In this document: positions 28,805-36,930 of the stretch, piece after piece
How positions within the stretch are numbered: the first letter of the stretch is position 1
Layout of the letters: each line of letters starts with the position of its first letter
DNA from: an uncultured virus (IMG/VR IMGVR_UViG_2888331157_000001)
Taxonomy: Duplodnaviria; Heunggongvirae; Uroviricota; Caudoviricetes
Direction: 5' to 3' (one strand)
Length of the DNA: 64,000 nt
IMG/VR virus record: IMGVR_UViG_2888331157_000001
Translations under genes and position numbers: made by a program
The notes under the pieces: model-generated
What the model saw: the letters and a program-made list of their open reading frames with translations, nothing else
The model's database searches: none
What the model was told of the DNA's origin: nothing

Positions 28805-29124
28805 GACTGATCTCGCGGATCGTAGATCGAGGCGGCCATGCAGCGGGCAAGCAATTCTGGTGGCAGGGCCGCCTGGAACGCATCGACCGTATCTGCTGAT
28901 ACGGGTCCCCGGAAATCTTCCCAGCTCCCTCGGCGAGAACGAATGAAACGGATGCCGAGCGCGAAAAACCGATGTGGTGGAGAGTAGATCAGTTCGTACG
29001 TCCAGCGAGGATAATCCCAGCCACGGGTATGCCAACGGAACCTGAACTGATCGCCTTTGCAGCGCGGTCCGAACAGTTCGCGACGGATGGTTTCGGCATC
29101 AATGCACTCGATCAAATTGGGCAT
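28801..29124 (-). CDS. Paralogue-array member 5
   Basis: FGP; FRW...TYELIY...RFF; AFQAALPPELLARCMAASI. Confidence 0.7.
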   Translation of the reverse strand: MPNLIECIDAETIRRELFGPRCKGDQFRFRWHTRGWDYPRWTYELIYSPPHRFFALGIRFIRSRRGSWEDFRGPVSADTVDAFQAALPPELLARCMAASIYDPRDQS

Positions 29125-29153
29125 GATGGGTTCCTGTTTCACCAGCGGCAATC

Positions 29154-29453
29154 TCAGAACGGAAGGTCTTCCTCTTCCGGCGGCGGCGCAGTCATCGCCC
29201 TCCGCATGCATCCGGCAACATCTTCATCGGAGAGCATTCCTTGGAAGGCTTGGCGCTGCTCAGGATCATCGATGCTGACGACCTCAACTACTTTTTGCCG
29301 AGAGAGTAAGAAGCGCCTCTCCGACAACATGAAGGTGAGGAAGTAGCGGTGTTCCAGGGCCGGCGACTTCCACTTGATCGGCTCGAACCACCAACGATTG
29401 ACATCCACCTTCTTGATTTCGAAATATTCATTGATGAACTCTTGCGTCATCAT
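29154..29453 (-). CDS. Paralogue-array member 4
   Basis: WWF...RYFLTF...RRF; AFQGMLSDEDVAGCMRRAM. Confidence 0.7.
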   Translation of the reverse strand: MMTQEFINEYFEIKKVDVNRWWFEPIKWKSPALEHRYFLTFMLSERRFLLSRQKVVEVVSIDDPEQRQAFQGMLSDEDVAGCMRRAMTAPPPEEEDLPF

Positions 29454-29776
29454 CGTCCGTGTCTCCTATGAAATTCGAGTGCCAGGCGGGTGGCCTCGGC
29501 TATGTCTTCGGGCTTGAGTTTGGCGCGCAGCATGGGTGTGACGCGACCGCTCAATGGTGGTGTTGCAACCGGCAGCGCAGCCAGTTTCGCGGCCTTCTCT
29601 TCATCGCCCGGATGGCCGGGCAATGCTTTCGTGCTGAACCGACGGCTGTCGAACCAGAAGGCGAGATGCCAGCGTGCGTACTCGCCGTTCGTGCGCAGGC
29701 CGGAAAAGCTCCACGCCAGCCGATCTTCGCGACAGGTTTTGCTGCTCGGGCCCCAGATGACCTTAATCTCAGCCAT
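29450..29776 (-). CDS. Paralogue-array member 3
   Basis: WGP; WSF...RWHLAF...RRF; MLRAKLKPEDIAEATRLAL. Confidence 0.7.
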   Translation of the reverse strand: MAEIKVIWGPSSKTCREDRLAWSFSGLRTNGEYARWHLAFWFDSRRFSTKALPGHPGDEEKAAKLAALPVATPPLSGRVTPMLRAKLKPEDIAEATRLALEFHRRHGR

Positions 29777-30162
29777 CAGCGTACCGCCTTCATTGCGAGA
29801 CGGGCGGCAAAGGCGATGTCCTCTTTCGACAGGCGAGGTTTCAGGATGTCGAGGTAAGTCCGGCCGTAGAGCATGGGCTTGTCCGGAACATACGCATCGA
29901 CAAAGGCGGGGTCGAGCAAGGGCTTCTCCCACTTCCCGCCGACCTTGATGGCCTCGGCCATCGGCAGGGCGAAAGCAGACCATTCTCTTTCCCGGACCTT
30001 GAACCGCACGCACCAGCGGCCCATCGAATTGTCCTCGCGGATGCCGAAGAAATGCCAATCAACCTGTCGGACCCAACCATGTGGCGGGTTGACGACAGCC
30101 TGACCTACTCGATCTTCCGACCGCCCGAACGGTCCATAGAGGGCGCGGAGGAAGACAGTCAT
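29776..30162 (-). CDS. Paralogue-array member 2
   Basis: YGP; WHF...RWCVRF...REW; ILKPRLSKEDIAFAARLAM. Confidence 0.7.
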   Translation of the reverse strand: MTVFLRALYGPFGRSEDRVGQAVVNPPHGWVRQVDWHFFGIREDNSMGRWCVRFKVREREWSAFALPMAEAIKVGGKWEKPLLDPAFVDAYVPDKPMLYGRTYLDILKPRLSKEDIAFAARLAMKAVR

Positions 30163-30506
30163 CCTTGCCGCCTCCCCGTGATGCCAAGGGCGGTGGCAAA
30201 GCCAATCTCCGCCGCCGGCAGCATCGCCTTGAGAGCGGTGAGTAAATCGCCACGAGGCAGGTCGCTGCGCCCAATGGCGACGTGCTGGTAGAAGCGCCGG
30301 ATTGTTGAGACGTGCGCTTGATCGCCGATATCCGATTTCAGCGCCTGGACGGTGAACTTCCGCGTCTCAGCCTTGTATCGCAGCCGGTAGCGCAAAAGCT
30401 GCTGGTTGCGGTTTTCGGCCACGAACTCCCACGCCAGGTCGAAGGCTGTATATTTGCCCTCGTAGTACCGCGTCGGGCCGGCAATCCATATGATTGGCGC
30501 ACTCAT
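30159..30506 (-). CDS. Paralogue-array member 1
   Basis: AGP; WEF...RYRLRY...RKF; ALKAMLPAAEIGFATALGI. Confidence 0.7.
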   Translation of the reverse strand: MSAPIIWIAGPTRYYEGKYTAFDLAWEFVAENRNQQLLRYRLRYKAETRKFTVQALKSDIGDQAHVSTIRRFYQHVAIGRSDLPRGDLLTALKAMLPAAEIGFATALGITGRRQG

Positions 30507-30724
30507 GACGGTTGCCTGTTCTGCTGTTGCCACCAGTGGAGATAGCAGTTCCGCTGCTCCGCCTTCGGACACCCTTCCCACCACAGCCGGCACGTCCCCG
30601 GCCCGGCTTGTGGATCACGGCCGCAGGTCTTGGCGCCCTTCCGAACCGGTCGGTATGACCATGTCGACTGCAGCGGGTCATCGAACAGGCGGGGCTCACC
30701 CGCCTGCTGTGCGTTCTTGTTCAT
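30503..30724 (-). CDS. Small Cys/Trp-rich hypothetical protein
   Basis: GAGG SD; stop overlaps the next ATG (ATGA). Confidence 0.45.
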   Translation of the reverse strand: MNKNAQQAGEPRLFDDPLQSTWSYRPVRKGAKTCGRDPQAGPGTCRLWWEGCPKAEQRNCYLHWWQQQNRQPS

Positions 30725-30735
30725 CACCGGCGACC

Positions 30736-31728
30736 TCAGTTGAAGGTGACGTCCTGATTGCGGACGGCCCAATCCGTGAACACCTGCGTATGAGAAAGCT
30801 TGTTGTCGCGCCGGACCGCATCGACCGTGAACATGATCTCGAACTCGCGACCTTGGATACGCTGTGCGTAGATCATGCCGTTCTCGAAGCTCTTGGCATC
30901 CACCTTGCGGGCCAGGCCGGAAGCCATGGCGTACTTGGCGGCAGGCTCAGATGGCACCGGTGCAGAGTTCGGATTAGCAAGCACCAGATCAAGCGAAGGA
31001 AGCTGCTGGTAGACGCGAATGAACCCCTCGAACTCGGCCGCGGCGCCATCACCAACAATTCCCCTCACCGCCTCACTGCGCAGCGCTTCGGGAGCTTTGA
31101 TCACCTTGGCAACGCTCTCCCAGGCACGCGGCGTCGGGAACGCACGTAGATCGGCCGCGCCTTCCATGTTGTGCAGGAGCGCCGGCCGAAAACGCAGAAA
31201 GGCAAGCAGCAGCGGATCCACGTCGATATCGATGAAATGCTGAACCGTGGTGTCGACATCCGGGTCGATATCGATGTGAGCGAAGCGGTTGGCCAGAGCG
31301 GAAGGCATACGCTGCGCAGCCGCCTTGTCGGACTGCCGGTTGCCTGCTGCAATGATGCGCCAGCCGGGAGGCATCGTGTATTCGCCGACCTTCCGGTCCA
31401 GCACGAGACCGAAGGCTGCAGCCTGCATCGAGGGAGCCGCAACGTTCAGTTCATCCAGGAAGAGAAACCCGCGCTCGCCGTCGCGCTCCACTTGCGGGAA
31501 CTCATCCGGCACCTTCCATTTGGCAGTCTCACCCTCGACCGAGGGAATACCCATCAGCGCGACCGGGTCACGTGTCGAGCAGCGAAAGTCGATCACGTTG
31601 ACGCCCTGCTCTTTGGCGAGCTGTTTGATGAGCGAGGACTTGCCCACGCCCGGCATGCCCCACAGGAATGCGGCGAGATCGGCGTAGATGTAGAGCGACA
31701 GCAGTTCTTTGGCGCGCTTGAGGTTCAT
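30736..31728 (-). CDS. MoxR-like AAA+ ATPase
   Basis: WGMPGVGKS, FLDELN, IIAAGN, ALANRF, FPTPRAW. Confidence 0.92.
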   Translation of the reverse strand: MNLKRAKELLSLYIYADLAAFLWGMPGVGKSSLIKQLAKEQGVNVIDFRCSTRDPVALMGIPSVEGETAKWKVPDEFPQVERDGERGFLFLDELNVAAPSMQAAAFGLVLDRKVGEYTMPPGWRIIAAGNRQSDKAAAQRMPSALANRFAHIDIDPDVDTTVQHFIDIDVDPLLLAFLRFRPALLHNMEGAADLRAFPTPRAWESVAKVIKAPEALRSEAVRGIVGDGAAAEFEGFIRVYQQLPSLDLVLANPNSAPVPSEPAAKYAMASGLARKVDAKSFENGMIYAQRIQGREFEIMFTVDAVRRDNKLSHTQVFTDWAVRNQDVTFN

Positions 31729-31743
31729 TGATAGAGTTCTCCA

Positions 31744-32052
31744 TTATTTGCCATGCTTGGCGGGTTGGGATGAGGCTAGGAGTGGGGGCAGCGGCTCCAG
31801 ACGCGGAAACGGCTGTCCTATCTTGTTGAATTCGATAGTGACCCGGCGGAGGGGGTAACCCCGCGACCGTGATCGGTCCTCCCGGATCGCGTCGATCTGC
31901 GCTTGCACGTAGATCCAGCGCTCGCCGTTATCGACGCGGGGTTTGTTGTCTTCCGAATGTGTGATCAGGAACCACGCATCGGAGATTAGCTCCTTGTGTA
32001 TTTCGCCGTCGATCTCGCGGCGGACGTACTCGCCGATCGATTCTCCTGGCAT
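31744..32052 (-). CDS. Hypothetical protein
   Basis: Fills the gap in the operon. Confidence 0.5.
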   Translation of the reverse strand: MPGESIGEYVRREIDGEIHKELISDAWFLITHSEDNKPRVDNGERWIYVQAQIDAIREDRSRSRGYPLRRVTIEFNKIGQPFPRLEPLPPLLASSQPAKHGK

Positions 32053-32055
32053 TGG

Positions 32056-32448
32056 TCAGAACCAGACGCGGCGGCGGAAAAGCACTGCTGGTCCGCAGAT
32101 AGGTGGCATGGTTGCGGCGTCGTAGTTGTCCGGGTCGTGAGTGCGGATGTTGTTGTGATAGATGTCCGTCGCACGGACGTTCCGGATCATCTTGCCGTTG
32201 ATCGCCGAGCGGTCCCCGACGAACATGTCGACATATTCGCCATCCACGAACACCCGGACGCGTTCCATGCGCTCTCCGGCGAGATGCGGCTCGATCACAG
32301 CACGAAGGGCATCGAGGCTTGGCCGAGCCGTCAACTGGGTTTGGCGCTGCTGCACCTCCCCTATCTCGGGAATGACAAAATAGTCGGTCAACATGTCGGC
32401 CGCCCAAGCAACGAGCCAGTTGGGATCGACTTCGCTAAGGTGAGGCAT
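32056..32448 (-). CDS. Hypothetical protein (DUF3846-like)
   Basis: PSLDALR...E.V...MFV......N.RAT...ICGPAVLF pattern. Confidence 0.55.
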   Translation of the reverse strand: MPHLSEVDPNWLVAWAADMLTDYFVIPEIGEVQQRQTQLTARPSLDALRAVIEPHLAGERMERVRVFVDGEYVDMFVGDRSAINGKMIRNVRATDIYHNNIRTHDPDNYDAATMPPICGPAVLFRRRVWF

Positions 32449-32452
32449 CGCA

Positions 32453-32638
32453 TCACTGCACCAGCGGTTGGTTGGCATCAATCTTGGCTTGGATACGAGC
32501 GATCCGCGCGTCATCTTCCGGTGTCGAACCGAAGAACGCGCAGTCGTCTCGCAAAGTATCCAGCCAGAGGCGCAGATCGGATATCTCGTGGAGCTCTAAC
32601 CGGCCCTCTCGATCGAGCAGTTCCTGCAGGTGGCTCAT
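32453..32638 (-). CDS. Hypothetical protein
   Basis: ATGA coupling. Confidence 0.55.
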   Translation of the reverse strand: MSHLQELLDREGRLELHEISDLRLWLDTLRDDCAFFGSTPEDDARIARIQAKIDANQPLVQ

Positions 32639-32844
32639 TGGATCACCGGCTGGTTGGCGACGATCGTCACATCCGCGTTCGTGGCGAGGTCGATCACGCG
32701 GATGCCCTCGATGCCGTCGACCTGGTCGTCAGCAAGCGTGGTCTGGTCGGCGTGATAGGCTGCGAGTGCAGCGGCGGGTGATGCAGCTGTGACGACGTGA
32801 TACTCCGTGCAGCGCGTCGACACGGCGACGTGGTAGCGTTTCAT
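32635..32844 (-). CDS. Hypothetical protein
   Basis: AAGGAG SD plus hairpin element. Confidence 0.65.
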   Translation of the reverse strand: MKRYHVAVSTRCTEYHVVTAASPAAALAAYHADQTTLADDQVDGIEGIRVIDLATNADVTIVANQPVIQ

Positions 32845-33113
32845 AACGGGTCTCCTTTTTTCGCATGATTGCGGGGCGTGCCTGGGTGGCACGGATGGTG
32901 GCTCACTCCGGTGAAGTGGCGCCCGTTTCGATTGCCCCAGTGCCAAGCTTTGCAGCCTAGGCAGTAAAAGATGCCGACGGGCGCAAACAAACCGAGCATG
33001 CCAACTGTGCGAAGCGCCCAAACGGCGTTCACTGCGTCAGCAGGGGTGGCGTACGGGACTTTCGGAGTACGCCGGCACTGCTTGCGCCGCTTTCCAAGAA
33101 AGCCGAGCGGCAT
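32841..33113 (-). CDS. Small Zn-finger-like protein
   Basis: K.PYAT...A....YCLGCKAWHW. Confidence 0.55.
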   Translation of the reverse strand: MPLGFLGKRRKQCRRTPKVPYATPADAVNAVWALRTVGMLGLFAPVGIFYCLGCKAWHWGNRNGRHFTGVSHHPCHPGTPRNHAKKGDPL

Positions 33114-33114
33114 G

Positions 33115-33438
33115 TTACCGGCCCTTCGCCTTCGCAAGAGCCGCATGGCCGGCGTCGGAAAGTACTTTCAGCCCTTTCCAGTTCTCGTTTAGGCCGCTGG
33201 TCTGCCGCTCGTCTATCTCGATGTCGATCTCATGCAGGATTGCCCCGAGCGCCGCGCGCATCTCCTTTGCGGCTGACAGCAGATAGGCGTTGGCAAGCGC
33301 GTCTCCGTTCGCCTTGCCACCCTTTGAGCCGATGCGGTGGACACCGCAGATGACGACTGCCGGGGTGGTGAGCGCTACAATGCGGACGAGGCGTCCATTG
33401 CTCACCGACCACGTGCCGTCCGTGGGTTGCGATTTCAT
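33115..33438 (-). CDS. Hypothetical phage protein
   Basis: T.GTW...ANAYLLSAAKEM.AAL...AALAKAKG; GGAG SD plus hairpin element. Confidence 0.7.
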   Translation of the reverse strand: MKSQPTDGTWSVSNGRLVRIVALTTPAVVICGVHRIGSKGGKANGDALANAYLLSAAKEMRAALGAILHEIDIEIDERQTSGLNENWKGLKVLSDAGHAALAKAKGR

Positions 33439-33484
33439 CGTGTTCTCCATGATCGCATGATTGCGGGGTTTGGAGGCGGCTGCT

Positions 33485-33745
33485 TCAGCCGCCGCCGGTA
33501 TCAATTTCGATTGATCTGGGAGTCATTTCCTCGTCCACCCAAAACAAATCGTCTTCGCCGCAAGCGACATAAAGCACGCAGTTTGGAAGGATGGTGGGTA
33601 GAAAATTACCTTTGGCATCGATCGATGTTACGCCACAGAATGGCTGATGATCAGTGCTCGATTGCGAAAACTGACGGCGGAGACTGTCCCGGGCGCAGTT
33701 TAGAAGATCAAGGTATTGCTCGCCGGTCATACGCATCGAGGTCAC
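33485..33745 (-). CDS. Hypothetical protein
   Basis: GTGA coupling with the upstream gene. Confidence 0.5.
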   Translation of the reverse strand: MTSMRMTGEQYLDLLNCARDSLRRQFSQSSTDHQPFCGVTSIDAKGNFLPTILPNCVLYVACGEDDLFWVDEEMTPRSIEIDTGGG

Positions 33746-34650
33746 GCCAAAAAACCGGAAACCTGATCGAGGATCTTCTTCGCCTCGGCCGCCACATCCT
33801 TGCGGACACCTTCGTTCTCGCGCAGCACTTGCGCGTCCCAGGCGGCGAGCGGACGCAGGCGATCGACCATGGCGGTCAGTTCCGGATCACCAGTGATGTT
33901 CAGCATCGGCAGCACTTCGATCAGGTCGCGGACGTTGAGGACGAGCGAGTCGCGGAAGGCGCCTTCCGTCTGGTCTCCTTTACGCGCGGCGGGGCGGTAG
34001 GCGGTAAGCCGTTCCGCCATCCTGCCGGCGACATCGGCGACACGGCGATAGACATCACGGACCGCGGTGGCCGCACCCTCGCGCACCTGGCGCTCGATAT
34101 CCGCCCGGATGACGTCCGCTTGAGCTTCGGACATTGAGACACGGAAGTCTTCCGGCGTCGGCACGGGCAGCTTGCGCAACTCCATGCTGTAGCGATCGCG
34201 CAGTGAGTCGACCGTTGGATAGTCGGCGTCCTTAAACAGGCCGGACATCCGGTCCGGAGCGCTGCGGACCAGTTCCGGATATGAGGCGATGAACTCGCCC
34301 ACGGCGTCCATGAATTTCTGCTTCTGGAGCGACAGCCAGCGGTCGTTCGCCATGATCGCGGCCGCATTCATGATCCGGCCGCCGCCATCCATCCAAGGCA
34401 GAGTGCGCTTGTCGAACTCGGCGCGCGTGGCGCTGACGATCGACTGGATCGGTTGCAACGCCTCCTTCGGCAGCAGCAGCTTGTTGAACCGGCCGGCGTC
34501 GGCAGACGCACCATGCTCGCGGTTCACTTCGTCGGTGATCTGGCGATCGAGGCGACGGCCAGACCACTGCGTGATGTGCAGCGACACGACCACGGCGCGC
34601 GCAGCGAGTGTGGCGGTGACGGATGACGGAATACGGGCATGAGCGTTCAT
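33742..34650 (-). CDS. DUF3150-like protein (frequent neighbour of MoxR/VWA genes in mobile elements)
   Basis: VSLHITQWSGRRLD...KLLL...TLPW...YP...F/Y; family call from memory. Confidence 0.65.
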   Translation of the reverse strand: MNAHARIPSSVTATLAARAVVVSLHITQWSGRRLDRQITDEVNREHGASADAGRFNKLLLPKEALQPIQSIVSATRAEFDKRTLPWMDGGGRIMNAAAIMANDRWLSLQKQKFMDAVGEFIASYPELVRSAPDRMSGLFKDADYPTVDSLRDRYSMELRKLPVPTPEDFRVSMSEAQADVIRADIERQVREGAATAVRDVYRRVADVAGRMAERLTAYRPAARKGDQTEGAFRDSLVLNVRDLIEVLPMLNITGDPELTAMVDRLRPLAAWDAQVLRENEGVRKDVAAEAKKILDQVSGFLA

Positions 34651-34742
34651 GCTTCTGGTCTCCATGGGTGCCATGATTGGCGGGGTTAAACGACAGAGCG
34701 ACCTATCGCTTGACGAGAACGTGCCGTGAACGTGGCACGGAG

Positions 34743-35117
34743 TCAAGGCGCTTCTTTGTACCGTGGCGTGTCAGGCAGCACGCCGACCATGCGCACGCGC
34801 GTGGCGTCGGCAATATCCTCACCTGTCAGCAGCGAGATCGCGGCGTCCACCAGCCTGTCACCCTTGAAGCGCGGGAAATCGAGCGAGGGATAGGCGTAAA
34901 TATCGGCAGGGATTTTGTATCGCTCGAAATTGGATGAATACGTCTGTGGCACGTCAAAGTATGGACGTGAACGCGCGGCGGCGCGGCGTGTGACCGCGTC
35001 GACCGTTACCTCTTGACGGCTCTGGAATCCGGCTTCGCCAATGAAGACGAACCAGAATTTCAGTTTTGAGGCTGTCACCTGCCGCGCGTAGGGACCAATC
35101 AAGAGATGTTCCATCAT
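34743..35117 (-). CDS. Outlying paralogue-array member 8
   Basis: IGP; FWFVF; C-terminal AAISLLTGEDIADATRVRM. Confidence 0.6.
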   Translation of the reverse strand: MMEHLLIGPYARQVTASKLKFWFVFIGEAGFQSRQEVTVDAVTRRAAARSRPYFDVPQTYSSNFERYKIPADIYAYPSLDFPRFKGDRLVDAAISLLTGEDIADATRVRMVGVLPDTPRYKEAP

Positions 35118-35356
35118 GGCTGGCTCGGGCGCAGCTCAGTCGTCTTCATGAACTCGATGAGACGCAGGCGCTCTTCCCGCTCCGTGTCCGTCTCGACACG
35201 CGGTCGCTCGAGCCAGGCAAGGACCATGGCGCGGTGTTCCTCGCTGTATGGGCGGCCATCCTCGAAGAAAAACGAGAACATGCAGGCGCCGGGGTCACCG
35301 GCGCGCAGATAGGAACCGTAGGCGGAGGCCGCGCCGTAAGCGTGGCGGCGGTTCAT
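35114..35356 (-). CDS. Hypothetical protein
   Basis: GGAGG SD; ATGA coupling. Confidence 0.6.
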   Translation of the reverse strand: MNRRHAYGAASAYGSYLRAGDPGACMFSFFFEDGRPYSEEHRAMVLAWLERPRVETDTEREERLRLIEFMKTTELRPSQP

Positions 35357-35700
35357 TGGTTGCAACCCTCCACCACGATCACTTCCCGCGGATTGGGAGG
35401 CACTACCGCGCCAGTCATGGCGTCCGAAAACGTGTCGCCCTGCCCGACGACATATTCGTCGCCTGTCCAGTCCACGGCCGAGACCGTGCAGACGGGCGCA
35501 TGCATGACAGTCCACCACGCTTGCGCGGCCATGGTGGATACGATGACAAGCGCGGCGACAAGCGAGCCGATAAGAATGATGGAGGCGCGCTGCGCTCGGA
35601 TTTCGCGCAGGCGCTGGCCCTCGAACTCGCCAACGAAGAACGGATTCCGGCCTTCAAGCGAAGCGGTATCGTTCACGGGAACACGGTCGGGATTCAGCAT
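35353..35700 (-). CDS. Hypothetical membrane-anchored protein
   Basis: Hydrophobic IILIGSLVAALVIVSTMAA segment. Confidence 0.6.
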   Translation of the reverse strand: MLNPDRVPVNDTASLEGRNPFFVGEFEGQRLREIRAQRASIILIGSLVAALVIVSTMAAQAWWTVMHAPVCTVSAVDWTGDEYVVGQGDTFSDAMTGAVVPPNPREVIVVEGCNQ

Positions 35701-35891
35701 GGCCAGCCGCTTTCGAGAACGCGGGCAGACTGGAGACGGGTGCGCTGCGCGCGGAAGAAATCGCATTCGCGCGCGAGATCTTCCTCGAACTCGCGGCGGT
35801 CGCGTTCACGTGGCGTTTCATACGCAGGATGATGCCGGAAGGCGGCAGCGCGCGCGGTGCGCCTGTCGTCCGGCTGGAAGACGGATTGCAT
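35694..35891 (-). CDS. Small hypothetical protein
   Basis: GGAGAG SD plus hairpin element. Confidence 0.55.
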   Translation of the reverse strand: MQSVFQPDDRRTARAAAFRHHPAYETPRERDRREFEEDLARECDFFRAQRTRLQSARVLESGWPC

Positions 35892-36175
35892 GACGGATTC
35901 TCTCCATTGGTGCCATAAGCGGCGGGAAAAGGCAGTTTACCGACGTGCCAAGGTCCGGGCGGAATCCTACCGCCATGGCTTCCTCACATTGCCCTTCAGC
36001 GGGCTATCTGCGTTGCGCTGGTGGCGTGGCGCGCAGCTTTCCGGCTTGCTTTATCCCTCGCCCGGCGACGAGTCCGCGTGCGTCGTGGCGGTTGTTGAGG
36101 CTCGACCCTTCCACGCGATTTCGGCCATGTGGCCGCGTCTGGACGGATTCCTCCCGTCCACACGTAGCGACATGC

Positions 36176-36208
36176 AAAAAAGGCCGCGCGACAGAAGCCG
36201 CGCGGCTG
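36176..36208 (-). terminator. Intrinsic terminator after the first gene of the leftward operon
   Basis: Minus strand GCCGCGCGGC-TTCT-GTCGCGCGGC-CTTTTT. Confidence 0.75.
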
Positions 36209-36231
36209 GAGTGATGGATATCAGGCGAGGA

Positions 36232-36930
36232 TTAGGCAGCTGCGCTGGCCAGACGGTCGGACGCTTCACGGTCAACCTTGATACGCTTGATCGTGGAAGC
36301 GGGCGCAGCGTCCTTGTCGGATTCCGGCTTGGCGACCTTCGGACGGCTGGCCTTCGGCGCGGCTTCCTTGGTCTCCTCGCCTTCCACTGGCTTGGTTTCG
36401 GCCTGCTTGATCTCGACCACGTTCGAGGTTGCGGCAGCGGGCTTCGCCTTGGCCGTCATCTCGCGGTATTTCTTGATCTGGGTGGCCATGAACAGGGCGA
36501 AGTTCTTGTCGTCCTGACCCGCGTCGTCGTCGTCAAGCGTGGCGTCCGCAATCTTGCCAATACGGTCGACAAGCGGTGCCTTGGCCTTGGCTTCGGTCGA
36601 TTTCTTGTCCTTTTCATAGTCCGCCGGCGACGTGGTGAATGCGGCCGGAAGGTCGGATTTCTTGCCCTTGGCATAAGTGAACACCAGCTTGACCGCGTCA
36701 AACGCGACCTTGCCGAACGCGGTCATCCACTTGACGACGGCGGCGCGGTAATTCTTGGGCGTGGCCGAGTAGATGGCGTTGCAGTAAATCGCGTCGTGAT
36801 GTTGCTCGACGTGGTTCAGCGCCGAATAGGCAAGCTGGTGCGTCTTTTCGGTGAAGGTGGCGGCGGTCTTGCCGTAGCTGGCAACGGCGGTCTTGAGGGA
36901 CTTGCCGGTCAGGATTGCGAAAGCGGTCAT
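36232..36930 (-). CDS. First gene of the leftward operon; conserved-looking phage early protein with Lys/Ala-rich tail
   Basis: GGAG SD plus hairpin; strong codon bias; L.H..QH.D...PKNYR.A...W..AFG...F.Y.K. Confidence 0.8.
   Translation of the reverse strand: MTAFAILTGKSLKTAVASYGKTAATFTEKTHQLAYSALNHVEQHHDAIYCNAIYSATPKNYRAAVVKWMTAFGKVAFDAVKLVFTYAKGKKSDLPAAFTTSPADYEKDKKSTEAKAKAPLVDRIGKIADATLDDDDAGQDDKNFALFMATQIKKYREMTAKAKPAAATSNVVEIKQAETKPVEGEETKEAAPKASRPKVAKPESDKDAAPASTIKRIKVDREASDRLASAAA

Noticed and set aside
28221..30506. Diversity-generating retroelement, shufflon or integron as the source of the paralogue array
   Set aside because: No reverse transcriptase, invertase, template/variable repeat pair or attC-like repeats are visible; the genes overlap directly.
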